DNA of 64,000 nt. Origin: Eledone cirrhosa. Taxonomy: Eukaryota. Shown here in pieces: positions 30,806-44,076 of the stretch; the stretch's first letter is position 1; each line of letters begins with the position of its first letter. The position numbers and the translations under genes were made by a program. Where the stretch lies: NCBI GenBank assembly GCA_964016885.1, contig CAXHJY010000661.1:14157-78156 (forward strand), read 5' to 3'. A model generated the notes under the pieces. The model worked only from the letters and a program-made list of their open reading frames with translations, did not search any database and was not told where the DNA came from.

Positions 30806-31271
30806 AGAGAGAGAGCGAGAGAGAGAGAGAGAGAGAGCGAGAGAGAAAGAGCGAGAGCGAGAGAGAGCGAGAGCGAGAGAGAGAGAGAGAGAGAGAGAAA
30901 GAAAGAAAGAGAGAGATGGTATAATCCCAACGGAGGCTCTCTCCGTTTCGGCTAGCTGCCCCATCCGTTTAGATCTATACCGCATCTCTACATCTATTCT
31001 GTACCTAAATCGTATCAAACCGCGAATGCATCGTATAGAAGGCTCTTAGATAAACAAAAAAAAAACAAAACAAACAAACAATTAAAAAAAAAATAACTGA
31101 ATACTTTAAAAAAAAACTGAACACTTGAAACAAATACATATATATATAAATATATATATATAAGTGGAAATTTAGTAAAATCGAAGCTTTGGCTCTGGCC
31201 AAGCTGACGATATACAATTAGGAATGTGCAGCAACTCGATAAGGTTGTGTCACCTTATATATATATATATA

Positions 31272-32260
31272 CTAGCAGCAGTACCCAGCGTTGCCTGGGT
31301 AGGTGAAATAATATCTGCTTTGATGAAAAGGTGTTGATCTTAGCCACTGCTTCTCGATGACTCATCTATGGCCACACACAGGCCATGCGGGGGAGGGTAG
31401 TGATGACCTCTATCACCGAGACACGCGGGTGACTGACGAAGGAGCATGCCGGTGGAGGGAGGTAATGACCTCTAACACTAAGCCAAATTTCCTCACGCTA
31501 CTTGATTGGAATCCGATGAATTCTCAAATACACAACTAAAAGCTCAGACGACGTCAGTGGCCATCGTTTTGCCTTTGACCATCTATAAGATGTGCAATGA
31601 TAGGTTCTATCGTAGTATAAAAGTTGAACCAAATAAATTGATTTATGTGTGAGGTAGAGCCGAAGTTTCGAATTTGAACGAAATCGGTTGAAAAATGTGT
31701 GAGCTAGAGCCGAAAAGGCGGAAATTTGAGCGAAAAGGTGGTATTTTCGAATATTTAAGCGGCTGCCACGCCGTTCCTAAACAAAAAATCCAAAATGTAA
31801 AGCTACATTAAGACGTGAAATAATCAGATCTAGCGTAGTGTAAAATTCGAACAAAGTAGGTTGGTTAATGTGAGAGCTAGAGCCGAAAAAGTGGAAATTT
31901 GAGTCTAAAAGTGGTATTTTTCAATATTTAAGCGGCCGCCACGCCGTCCCTGAATAACACATGCAAAATCTAAAGAAATTACAGGATGTGCAATGATAAA
32001 TTCTATTTTGCTTTAAAATTTGAACGAAATCGGTGGCAAAATATGGGAGCTAGAGCCAAAAATCTTATTTTTCGATACCTAAAAAAGGTGACCCCCCCCA
32101 TCGATTTTTATCTACAGAATGACTCGGGAATAACAAAACGATACGCTGACATCTAGAAAACACTCCCCCATGACTAATCTATGAGCCTGTAAGGTTTCAT
32201 GAAAATCGGTCGTAAGATGTAGGCCCCTATACACAGACACACACACATACTTAATATTAT
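31272..32260 (-). mobile_element. Non-autonomous Helitron-like element
   Basis: Minus-strand 3' CTAG|T (31272-31275) preceded by hairpin tacccagcgttgcctgggta (31282-31301). ~180 bp internal subrepeats. tttcatgaaaatcgg plus (CA)n at the other end. Similar end at 27240-27335. Confidence 0.65.
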
Positions 32261-32344
32261 ATATATACATATATATATATAATATGGTTTTATAAATATA
32301 GTTTCCATTTATTTAATATCATTATATACATATATATATATACA

Positions 32345-32440
32345 CAGGGTGTGCCCCCCCCCCCATGTGAATACACTTCAACAGCATTCTGGTAAATATT
32401 GCCTGTACAGTGTGTATACACTTTTTGGAGGCACCCTGTA
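32345..32440. mobile_element. Tc1/mariner-type MITE (~85-95 bp, TIR CAGGGTG); others at 23655-23746, 30648-30727, 38370-38476 and 38534-38616
   Basis: cagggtg...caccctg termini in TA context. Confidence 0.7.
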
Positions 32441-33603
32441 TATAGCCGTAATTTGCAATCGAGTATGACTTGGTAGTAATTATCAGGCATTTGCTAATAA
32501 TTCTAGGCCCTCCTGCAGTTGTGAGCAGACAGACTCTTTCGATTCGTCCTCTCTCGGTAGGATTTGAGCTTTGTATAGCTGATGGATTATAGTACTCAGC
32601 AGGATTTGAACTCAGAACTTAAACAGCTAGAATAAATGCTACAAAGCATTTTGTTCATACAAATTCCAGCATTGATGTCTACACAAAACTGATTGGCCCC
32701 TGTCCACGATAACCAGGCAACAACATAGATTAAAATAGCTTTATGTTGTGCCAAAAGTTGCGATCGGTTGATAGTATCAGCAATGGAAAGACCAATAGAA
32801 ACATTGTTTCCTTGGTCCCACTCAGCAAGTGAATGAGGTCTGGGATCTTGTCAATCTATCAAAGCAATGATATTTGTTCTGACTCTAGATTCTGAGTTCA
32901 AATTCTGCCAAGGTGTATTTAACCTTTTATCCTTCCATGGTCGATAAAATTAAGTATCAGTCAAGAACCGGGATTGATTTAATCAACATTACATTTCCAC
33001 CAAATTTGCTGACCTTTTGCCAAAATTAGAAATCAATATCACTTTACTGTTCCATATAAATTGCAAGGAAACCATATGAAAATATGAAGAAAAAATAAGA
33101 AGGTGATCAATACTTTTCTAAAATAAAAGATGTTCTCAATATACATATCTCCCCAACTCTCACGCAACTATATATCTCTCTCTCCCCCTCTCACACAATT
33201 ATATATATCTATCTCTCTCTCTCTCTCCCTCTCACACAACTATATATCTATCACTATCTCTCCCCCTCTCACAACTATATATCTATCTCTCTCTCCCCTT
33301 CTCACATAACTATATATATCTCTCTCTCCCTCTCTCACAACTATATATATCTCTCTCTCTCTCTCCCTCCCACACAACTATATATATACTACTATATATA
33401 TATATATATATATATAACGAAGGAAATGTGGTAAGCAGCCAGATGGACCATAATGCACCAAAGTACTCAATACTTAGGGTAGTAGAGTGGGTAATAGGAA
33501 CGAGTGGGACCCCGACGGCTGAGCTCAAGCCGTTTCGACGGCTAATCCGTCCAGAATTAGCCGTCGAAACGGCTTGAGCTCAGCCGTCGGGGTCCCACTC
33601 GTT

Positions 33604-33656
<53 letters not shown>

Positions 33657-33759
33657 CACCTCCGCTTTGTTGTTATATAAAACTGTTCTGCATCGAGTGC
33701 TGACATTGGTACTCTCATCAGTTTTCTTCGGACTTACTGAACTTTTTGCACGTATCTAT

Positions 33760-34010
33760 CTAAGGCGGGTAAAATTCCCGAGATCCATGGACGAGTTCTC
33801 TCCAGCGGTCTGTGTCCCTCATTATCGCTGCCATATCCTGTATCTCCAACAGACCAGTGTCTGTCCTTAGGGCATCAACATATGTTAACCTTGGTCTTCC
33901 TCTTCTAGTGTGTCCATGTAGGGGCTCCCAAAGGAGCACTGAGTGCAATGTCAACTCTGGATGTCGGTGAGCATGTCCAGCCAACCTCAGTCTCCTCTGT
34001 GTCACTTGCA
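33760..34010 (-). mobile_element. RTE-clade LINE 3' end
   Basis: QRRLRLAGHAHRH...LLWEP..G..RRGRPRLTYVD...DRWR; ends in a tagata tail. Confidence 0.88.
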
Positions 34011-34011
34011 C

Positions 34012-34047
<36 letters not shown>

Positions 34048-34049
<2 letters not shown>

Positions 34050-34388
34050 AAGTGTTAAACAATATTCAATGAGTATGTCAAAGAATGAGTTTTACAGTAG
34101 ATTGGAAGCACTCTACGAAAAAAATAATTTTCCTGAGTTATTAATATTAAAATATAAATATTAATAAAATAGATGTTCTTTTGATCAATTACATTTTATT
34201 ATACATATTTCGGATGTACAACAGTACGTCCTCATCAGACAAAATATAATGATACATGACATACCCTGAGATGTTAAATGGTTAAGATTTAATCAAGGTA
34301 GCTTGTACTGTTATACATCCGAAATATGTATAATAAAATGCAATTGATCAAAAGAACATCTATTTTATTAATATTTATATTTTAATAT
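34048..34388. mobile_element. Inverted-repeat mini-element with canonical HHR (minus strand, 34193-34245)
   Basis: attttgt CTGATGA gga cgtac tgtt gtaca tcc GAAAT atgt ATA ataaaat. Arms 34143-34228 and 34304-34388. Confidence 0.8.
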
Positions 34389-34401
34389 ATATATATATAT
34401 T

Positions 34402-34601
34402 TGTTATTCCGGGTTGAGTCGGAGGTAACCACAGTAAGTAAGGTACTCAATACATTGCAGAGTATAAAAGTTTTAATATAGATGAGATTCTACAGGACTA
34501 GAACTGTTTCATTCTTTAGAAATCATCAGGAATCCCTGAGATTCCTGATGATTTCTAAAGAATGAAACAGTTCTAGTCCTGTAGAATCTCATCTATATTA
34601 A

Positions 34602-34605
<4 letters not shown>
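34402..34605. mobile_element. HHR fold-back mini-element; near-identical copy at 50368-50582, variants at 35565-35682 and 50620-50697
   Basis: HHR at 34538-34590: gagattc CTGATGA t ttc taaa gaa t GAAACAG ttctagtc CTGTA gaatctc; mirrored at 34484-34534. Confidence 0.88.
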
Positions 34606-34670
<65 letters not shown>

Positions 34671-34866
34671 GAGAGAGAGAGGTATGAACGCGACGGCAAC
34701 GCCACTGCTTGGCGACGGCAACGCCACTGCTTGGCGTCGTGATCGGCTTCATACTTCTATACCCATTCTGTGTCTTCCCATGCATTGAGCACTCCAATGA
34801 TTTTTGGTCTCCCAGATCTCAGCACCGCAAACTCTCTCTCTGTCTCTCCATACATTATATATATAT

Positions 34867-34910
<44 letters not shown>

Positions 34911-34956
34911 GTATATGTATGGAGAGAACCCGGGATAAACATATATATATAAAAGT

Positions 34957-35540
34957 TTATCCCGGGTTCAATTGGGGGTAACTACAGTAAGTAAGGTACT
35001 CAATACAAAGCAGAGTATAAGTCTGTGTATGTATGAATATATAGATATACACAGATAAATCTACCAATCAATGGTAGGGTCTAAACCGTATGAAGAACTC
35101 AATGCAATCCGTATGTAGAAGATGTGGGGAAGCAAAGTTTAAAATACAAAAATGTTCAATTATATAATTCAATTGGATACAGAGTCAAAATAAAAATATT
35201 AAAACAATGAAATTAAACACAAAATGGTTAATTCATAGTAAAACTCATTATTTTACGATCGTTTCTGGGGGGTAGTTCCCCGTATGTCCATTCAATTATT
35301 GATCTATGTAAAATATTACAAAATATCATAGTAAGAAAAGATACATACGTCTTCACTACCCGCCGTCTTCAGAGGGTAGTGAAGACGTATGTATTTTTTC
35401 TTACTATGATATTTTGTAATATTTTACATAGATCAATAATTGAATGGACATACGGGGAACTACCCCCCAGAAACGATCGTAAAATAATGAGTTTTACTAT
35501 GAATTAAACGTTTTGTGTTTAATTTCATTGTTTTAATATT
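34957..35540. mobile_element. Fold-back element with ~168 bp arms and an HHR-like motif with long stem II
   Basis: 35193-35361 is the reverse complement of 35374-35540. Minus strand CTGAAGA..gggtag..cgtatg....catacg..ctaccc..GAAAC gatc GTA. Confidence 0.7.
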
Positions 35541-36350
35541 TCTCTCTCTCTCATATATATATATAATATAGAAAAGGCTTCTACAGGACTAGAACTGTTT
35601 CATACGGGAGAAATCATCAGGAAGCCCTGATGATTTCTCTCGAATTAAACAGTTCTAGTCCTGTAGAAGCATTTCTATATTAAATAAATATAAGAGATAT
35701 AGTCGATATGTCTCATATGAAATAATACAGCCAATTTTCCACACAATCCAATTAGTTAGCACCCCGAATGTTTAATTAGGAATATACTCACTTATTTCCT
35801 AATGTTTGTTGAGTGAGTTGGGATTTGGCCGGAGTATCGCTAAAAGCTTTCTCCGATAATGTATTTATTTATATATATATATATATATATACACACAGAT
35901 TTAACAAGTGTGTTAACATCATGACCAAAACAATTCTAACCCTTCCCCAGAAAATGTAAAAGAATTTAGCTAACTATCTATTATTATCAGCCTTATAAAT
36001 AGCAGAAAAATAAGTGGGGTGAGGGGAGAAGAAAACCAAAGAATAGGAGATAGTTTTCTCAATATCATCTATTCTATAATTGGAAGGTGGGGGGAAAGAA
36101 GCGAAAAGGGTCATTTGCCCACACCCAAACCACCCGACAGACAGGCATATTATTGCACCTAGTCTCTCCTCTATTTCCTCACCCCATCGCTGCTCTCTTT
36201 CTCCGCAATTCTGCCCTACCCCCCCTCTTCTTCCTAGTCCTCTACGTATGTATCGTTTAACTGAAAGTAATATAAAATGACACAGATTGTGAGCCATCTG
36301 AACACATTATATCCGGTGAAAGCAATCATGTGGAACTACAAAGTTATCTG

Positions 36351-36381
<31 letters not shown>

Positions 36382-36518
36382 TGTGTGTGTTTCGTGTGTG
36401 TTTCGTGTGTGTGTTATTTTGGTTAGGAGGAAAGAAGAGAGTGAAAAAGAAAGACACACGCAAAAAAAATGTATGTATGCATTTATGTAAGTATATACGC
36501 ATATATGTTTGAATATAG

Positions 36519-36549
<31 letters not shown>

Positions 36550-36945
36550 TGTATGTATGCGTGTGTACGTAAGAGGTGGTAATGATGAAGTTATTGATGA
36601 TGATGATGATGGTGACGGTGACAACTGATTGTGATGAAGATGATGAGGAGACGAGTATGATGATATTAGTGGTGGTGTTGATGATGGATATGATTGGCGA
36701 TGATGACAATAAAGACGAAAAATGAGAAGTAAAAGAAAAAGAAGAAAAAAAAGATGAAAAAGATGAAAAAGAAAAAGTAAAAAAAGAAAAAAGAAAAAAA
36801 AAGAAAAAAAGAAAAAGAAGAAGAAAAAGAAGAACGGCGAGGGGGTGGTGAAAAAACATGAATTAGAAACTCCCTCTTTAGGGAAGCTAGTTTTGGCACC
36901 GAGTTAACCTGAAATCGAAACCCCCCCTTGAAATCGGAAACGTAC

Positions 36946-36984
36946 CCATTTGTAGGGGTCACTGCTGATGATTTAGGGATTCAG
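36946..36984 (-). other. Candidate 39-bp exon ending in ATG-G
   Basis: Acceptor tttttcttgttgttgttgttgtag, donor gtacgt; all frames closed upstream of the ATG at 36949-36947. Confidence 0.35.
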
Positions 36985-37139
36985 CTACAACAACAACAAC
37001 AAGAAAAACAAAGGCAACGAAGATAAAATGCAAAAACAATAAAATATAAGAATAAAAACAAAAAGAAATATAAAATTTAAAGGGATGGAACCTAGAAAAG
37101 AGATTTGTCTGGTGAGACCCCTTCAAATGAGGGCTTGTA

Positions 37140-37560
37140 ATGTGTGTGTCGTGTGGGCGTGTAGCTGTGTGTGTGTAGCTGGGTGTATGTGTAGCTGTGT
37201 GTGTGGGTGTGTGTGTGTAGCTGGGTGTATGTGTAGCTGGGTGTATGTGTAGCTGTGTGTGTGGGTGTGTGTGTGTAGCTGGGTGTGTGTGTGTAGCTGG
37301 GTGTGTGTGTGTAGCTGGGTGTGTGTAGCTGGGTGTATGTGTAGCTGGGTGTGTGTAGCTGGGTGTATGTGTAGCTGGGTGTATGTGTAGCTGGGTGTAT
37401 GTGTAGCTGTGTGTGTGGGTGTGTCTGTAGATGTGCGTGTGTAGCTGTGGGTGTATATGTGTGTTTAGCTGTGTATAGCAGCTGTGTGTGTAGCTGTGTA
37501 TAGCAGCTGTGTGTGTAGCTGTGTATAGCAGCTGTGTGTGTAGCTGTGTGTGTCTGTGTG
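37140..37560. repeat. (gtgtgtagctgg)-type minisatellite
   Basis: Direct reading. Confidence 0.9.
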
Positions 37561-37854
37561 AGAGAGTGAGTTAGTGAGAGATAACGGGAGTGGGAGTGTG
37601 TGTGTGTGTGTCTGCGCGAGAGTGTGAGTTAGTCAGAGCGAGTGTGTGTGAACTAGTACGTGCGTTACTGTGTGTGAAATGCGTATTTGTGTACGAGGAA
37701 GTGAATGAAAGTGTGTGTGTGTGTGTGTGTGTTTATACGCCAGTGAGCGCTCGTGTGTGTGTGTTTATACGCCAGTGAGCGCTCGTGTGTTTGTGTATGT
37801 CTTAGTTGTTTCAAGCTTGTGGATCCCCTTTCACCCTATATACATATAACAGAA

Positions 37855-37929
37855 GTGTGACGAGCTTTTGATTCCAGAGTCGATACAAATCGAGCCTTGA
37901 GCTGATCACTCGCGAAACGCGCGTCACAC
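37855..37929 (+). ncRNA. Variant HHR motif with 5'-shortened core in a PLE-type terminal fragment (~37795-38083)
   Basis: gtgt GACGA gc...gc GAAAC gcgc GTC acac, followed by aataaa. Confidence 0.6.
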
Positions 37930-38157
37930 CTCAATAAATGTAATGAAGATCTAACTCTTCGTTTTTTTGATTGCTATTAGTATTACATTCTGCTGAAAAC
38001 AACACCAATACATCTACTAGAAACTACGCATCGTGTGCTCACTCTGGTGAACATACCGTAACCAGACGTTACAATCCCTAAACTATACATATATAGGAAA
38101 AAGCTAATGACTAGGCATGAAGAGTGTGTGCGTGTGCGTGTGCGTGCGTGCGTGCGA

Positions 38158-38278
38158 GCCGGTGGGGTGGAGCGAGGGGACGGCAAAAGGCCTGATGGCA
38201 TGACCATCTTCCCGTTCCGCGGTGGAAAACCCCTCATCTGGGATGGTACTTGCACCGACACTTTCTGCAGCCGCAACT
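38158..38278 (+). mobile_element. CRE-like non-LTR fragment (restriction-like endonuclease PD..D)
   Basis: Translates [36 protein letters not shown]. Confidence 0.75.
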
Positions 38279-38326
38279 GTAAATAAACCCTATTGTACAG
38301 CCGACCATTTATTCTTCATTCTTTTG

Positions 38327-38369
<43 letters not shown>

Positions 38370-40021
38370 TACAGGATGTACCCCACCAAAATATATACAC
38401 AAAAGCAGTGTATTGTAATAATTATTGCCTGGGCAGGTAGTCAAAGTGTGCAAACATTATTTCGGGACACCCTGTATATTAAGATTCCAGATTTTCGTAG
38501 ACCAGCTACTTTACTAAAGTGTACTTTAAAATATACAGGGTGTCCTCCCAAAAAACGTATACTTATTTTGATTAGAACGCTGTTGAAGTGTGTATACATT
38601 TTTGGGAGACCCTGTATTTTATAAATAAATGTTATGAAATTCACGGGGTATAAAAAAAATTCGTTGTAACGAAAAATTCTTTATAACGAGAGTTTGTTTG
38701 TTATTACCATGGAAACTGAAAAAAATTTCGTTATACCGAAAATTTCGACACGGAAGGCGGTAAGGGAGACGCCACTCCACCTCATGGGTCTTGCACTAGT
38801 AATTGAAGGGTTTTTAATAAAGATTTTCCAGCATTTTGAGATTATTGTAGTAGGTGGTCCTTATACAGACTTGGCTGAGTGGGTTGAGAACTTTGCTTTG
38901 TAATCATGAGGTACAGGGTTCGATCTCAAAGCATAGAATCTCGGTCAAATTTTTTTTTTTTTACTAAAGCCTCGAGTGGACTGGTGCTGTGCTGAAGCCT
39001 GTCAGTGTATCAAGTTTCACCCCATGCTGCATCCCATTTATTTTGTCTGAGGATAACATTAAAGGGGACAAAATCTTAAGAGCATATTAACAAAAGCAGA
39101 ATCTAAACGCGAGCCCCTCAAAACTTGTTCAGCCGACGACAGGCATGCGTACACTTAACCTAATTGATAATCCAAATCAGCATGACAAAATACGTGGAAA
39201 GGCTGCCCCATTGAATTACAGGTACAATACATTCAATTGACTCCCACTCAGTTTCCGTCTAAATAATTTCACTCACAAGGCTTGGGCCAATCTGAGTCTA
39301 TGATAAAAAAAAACAAAAAAAGGACCGCGGTCAAGATTCCAAGCCTAGGATCGAAACCAGGACATCATTAGGAAGTACACTTCTTAACCTCACAACAATG
39401 CCTGCGTTAGTTTAAATACTGGAATGTTAATCATACAGGGAATGGGGGATATAAAACACGCACCGAAGAAAGAAGCATCACGTTTAAATCTCATTCAATG
39501 TCACAAAAAACAACATAAACTTAAACATAATGGCCTCTGAATAAAGCCATTTATATTAAAAAGCTTTTGAAGAAATAAAACCATTTTTTTTTTCATCTAA
39601 AGACCAAGTCCAAAACGTGAGAATTTCTCTTCTCGCTTGGCACACATTTAATTGAGCTGAGTTTTGCCGACTTTCATTAGGGTCAAAAGAGATGCCATTA
39701 GTCTCTCGCGACTGTTGTGTTTTACGATGTAACGGTTCACAGGGATAGATATGTTGTCTCGTAAATACCCTTAGAGAGGTCCTGTAGCGGGTGGGGCTAG
39801 TGATGGGGAAGAGAGGGAGGGCTTAGAGGGAGATAACTGAGACGTTGTACAGCAATTAATCATCATAATCACCACAGTATCATGTCAAGCAGCTCTCGTT
39901 TTCTTACTTTCTCCTATCTCAAGCCTTTTCAGATGTCTATCTCACCCCCTATACAACTCCTGGTGTGAAGGGAATAGGGGAAATGAATAACCACTTGCTA
40001 TATCTTGACATGCATAACGTA

Positions 40022-40061
<40 letters not shown>

Positions 40062-40361
40062 GTTAGGTATAAATCGAAGTTGTAGCTGCCATATAACAAG
40101 TACTAATCGAGTTGTTTTAGGCAATCACAAAGAACTCAATAGAGCGGTATGTTAATACATTACCGTCTAGAGTAAACAACGGTTAAAAAGTGTGACACCA
40201 AGAAAAACGAGCGAAAGGAGTAACCAGGCATATACCACAACAAATATAAATACACCAAGGTATATGTATACTCTTTAATCTGTTCCAAGGCATCCGGCTG
40301 AGTCCATGCTGGGCATATATATATATAAAGATTTACATATATATAAAGTCATAGATATATA

Positions 40362-40636
40362 TGTGGCAACCGGTCATGTTGCGGCTCAATGAAGAATTAA
40401 TAAATTAAATAATCAGAGCAATATATCATAAATCATGTCCTTAGAAGTATTAGATAAAATATATACCATTTCCTCTCCCAAAATATATACCATTTCCTCG
40501 GTTATTTGTCGAAAATTTCTTCATAGGAGCCTTTATTCTTATAGCCTGGTCTAATTGATTTTTTGTATGGTTAATTATGCTAATTGGGAGAGGAAACGGT
40601 ATATATTTTATCTAATAATTCTAAGGACATGATTTA

Positions 40637-40643
<7 letters not shown>
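40362..40643. mobile_element. Degenerate inverted-repeat insert with one-sided tail
   Basis: 40421-40480 is approximately the reverse complement of 40583-40643; flanked by (TA)n. Confidence 0.55.
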
Positions 40644-40695
<52 letters not shown>

Positions 40696-41601
40696 CGGTT
40701 TCAATCATTTGAGGGTGGCCATGCTGGGGTACCACCCTGGATAATATAGTCAATCATATCAACACCACTCCCTTAAAAAATATATAAAGCATATTCAATC
40801 TATCTGTACTCGTAGAACTGTTAAATTACAGAACATAAACTATATACATATAATTTCTTTTCAAGAGATAACAAAATCTTGTTACAGACTACCTTGCCCC
40901 TTTCTTCAGGATCACTCTGTTCCGGGTTGAATAATAATTCAGGTAAATTTTTCCGTTTCTCTTCTCAAGTTCGATAAATAAAATAGTAGTCCTGGGACGT
41001 TGTGCGACAGAGTGTTTAGTGTGGTATCTGCTCCGTCACTTTGCATTCTGGGATTGAATTACTCCGCCGTTCTCGTGGTCAGAATGTGATTGAATTCCTC
41101 CGCTATTCTCGTGGTCAGAATGTGATTGAATTCCTCCGCTATTCTCCCGGCGAGAATGTGATTGAATTTCTCCCCCATCCTCGTGGCAGGAAAAAGAGAC
41201 CGTCTGGATTTGGCTAATAATGGTTTCTACATTTGACAAGTCCAGCAATCTCAAGGGAAGGGGAAAGTCGATTAAATCGATCCCAGTACTTTGCTGTTAC
41301 TGTATATTTATCGATTCCGTAAAGATGAAAGGCTAAGCTAACCTCGGCGAGATATGAGCTCAGAACATAAAGGGCCATAACTGTATGTCGCAAAGCATAT
41401 TGTCTGGCGACCTACCGTTACTGTCAATCCACTACACTTTTGGCCAATAATGGTTTTTGATTTAAGCAGAAAGTCGATTAAATCGACCCCAGTGCGTGAC
41501 TGGGGTTCATCCACACAATATATTGGGTCGTCAAGTATGAAAAATGTAGAAATTTGTAGAAAAAACCCCAAATATCTACAAATTTCCTACTTGGCGACCC
41601 A

Positions 41602-41634
<33 letters not shown>

Positions 41635-41843
41635 GGGTCTGCCGACCGGCGAAGAAACAACATCAAAACATTCTGCTCTCCCCTGTATCACAACAAGAAA
41701 TTTTTCGAAGAGCTCAGGCTATCGGAATTGGTAGTCCTCAGCGAATTATGTATCACGGAGATATAAATAAACCTAAATCAACTGTTTTTAACCTCTGATC
41801 TTTTTAAAACACACACACACACACACTCGTTCTCTCTCTCTCT

Positions 41844-41887
<44 letters not shown>

Positions 41888-42280
41888 TAATAAAAGATCG
41901 GAGGCCATATTCAATCGATTCAGGTTTATTTAAAACTCCGTTATACATATTTCATTGAGGAGTACCAGTTATGATAGGCTGAGCTCTTCAGACGGAAAAA
42001 CCTAAAATAAACATTGAAAGTTCCTAAAAAAAAAACCCATTTAAATTTGGAAAAATCCAATAATTTCACCGAAAAATATATTCTTTTCATGATACAGGGG
42101 GCAGGCCGAACGCGTGGTGTGTTTCTTCGACGACCGGTCCCTGTATATATACATATATATTATAATATATAATGCTCCAACTTGCATCATTTATACAGGC
42201 CGTTGAACGCTTTTTTTTATCTGCTTCACAACCGACAGACCATAATATGGTCCTCACATCACTGTTTGGTTAACCCTATA

Positions 42281-42313
<33 letters not shown>

Positions 42314-42327
42314 ATATATATATATAT

Positions 42328-42505
42328 AGTAAAAAATTGAACGGGAACAAAACAGAGAGGCAGTACGAACAAAGGTTTATTAGTTTCACGCTCTTGAGAG
42401 TGGGGTGGTGGTGGGGAACAAAAAGATGAGTATTGACGTACCTGGGAGTCGAACCCACATCTTTGGTTATCCGGACCACTGTGCTACCATTTACACCAAC
42501 ACAAT
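42328..42505 (-). mobile_element. Chimera: tRNA-like head + T5 + PLE-type 3' segment
   Basis: 42435-42505 folds as a degenerate cloverleaf (D stem gtgt/gcac, T arm tggg ttcgact ccca). 42328-42419 matches 25222-25312. Confidence 0.7.
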
Positions 42506-42974
42506 ATGTGTGTGTGAGTGTGTGTGTGTGTGTGTGTGTACAAACTTAACTATAGAACAAAATCGAAGACATAATCAAACTAGTTGACCTTAATAAGAAT
42601 GATGTTTTTCCAATGAGTTAATTCTGTAACTATCGAAGCTTCCTGCTGAAGACTTCTCCTTTTAATTATTCTAAACATGACAGACTTATGTATGTATGAT
42701 ATTTATGTTGAATTAGACAAATCTACATTATAGTTCTTCTCTGGATGAATGCCCCACCCCCTCGTATACAACTGTATATTCAGTATGCATTTTCCTCAAT
42801 CAGAAGAAACACAGATTTTTTCCTATGAAATCAATCTTTGTTCTTTGTTGAGGTAAGTTCATATTTAGTTTGACCTCGTCATCATCTTCGTCTTAGTTTT
42901 CGTTGGATGAACGAAAGAATCATATTAAAAATGCAAACAAAAAAAAAAAAATACAGGAAGAAATAATAATAATG

Positions 42975-43682
42975 GCTTTTACTATAGACACAATGGCGAA
43001 CGATTTTGAGAGGAAAGTCGATAAAATCAATTCCAGTACATTACTGGTACTTTATTTTATCGACCCCGTAAAGATGAAAGGCAAAGCTAACCTCGGTCGG
43101 GATTTGAACTCAGAACGTAAAGGAACTTAACTATATACTATAAAGCATTTTTGTCCGACGCCCCTCCGATATATACTGCCAATCCACCCCACTTTAATAA
43201 ATGATTCTACTATAGGCACAAGGCCAGCAATTTAGCAAGAGGGGAAAGTCGATTAAATCGACGCCAGTGCATTACTGGTACTTTATTTTATTGACCCCCG
43301 AAAGGCAAAGTTAACCTCGGCAGGATTTGGACTCGGAACGTAAAGGGCCATAACTCACTGCCACGAAGCATTCTTGTCCGATGCTCTACCGATACTACCA
43401 ATCCATCGCCTTTTAGTAATAATAATAATAATAATAATAATAATTGTTTCTACTTTAGGCACAAGGCCAGCAATTACCCAGTGCATTACTGGTACTTTAT
43501 TTTATCGACCCCGCAAGGATGAAAGGCAAAGTTAACCTCAGCGGGATTTGAACTCATACAGTAAAGGGGCGTAACTCTATGCTACAAAGCATGGCATCCG
43601 AACCTCTACCGATACTGCCAATCCACCGCCCTCAACTTTAGGCACAAGGCCAGCAATTTGAGGAGATGGAGGAAAGTCGATG
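42975..43682 (-). mobile_element. Cluster of 3-4 tRNA-derived SINEs
   Basis: Repeated actggtactttattttatcgacccc...gggatttgaactc. Confidence 0.85.
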
Positions 43683-44076
43683 TTAATAATAATAAGGAAG
43701 GAAGAATAAAAAAAAAAGAGACATAAAGATAACATTGAATATCTGGTGGGGGTCTTGTTTATTTAAAGCATCATCTCCCAATACTTGATTGAATCGACAG
43801 GCAGGAGAACTAAAGCCAGTTTGTTCTTTTCCTGTTATTTTACTCTTAAGATATGGAGAGCAACAAGAGAAAACACCACACCTTCCAGCAACACCAGATG
43901 GAACATTCATTCCACATAGAAATAATCAAAAGGAAAAAAAAAAAAAAAAAAACAAATTCATGATTATAATATATCCTTCTTACCTCAGCAAGCGAGTAAA
44001 CAAACACCACCAGCTTTGGGTTTGTTTTTTGTAGCTTCTTCCACAAGTACCATTACTATTAGTATTATACTACATA

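Noticed and set aside
33690-33722. Minus-strand CTGATGA gagt..actc motif
   Set aside because: Followed by GATG rather than GAAA and has no stem III; at best a decayed HHR.
41636-42143. Diverged inverted pair around a microsatellite
   Set aside because: The arms are too diverged to define an element or a credible ribozyme by eye.
42435-42505. Functional tRNA gene
   Set aside because: Weak acceptor stem, mismatched stem ends and a non-canonical anticodon loop; treated as a tRNA-derived head.
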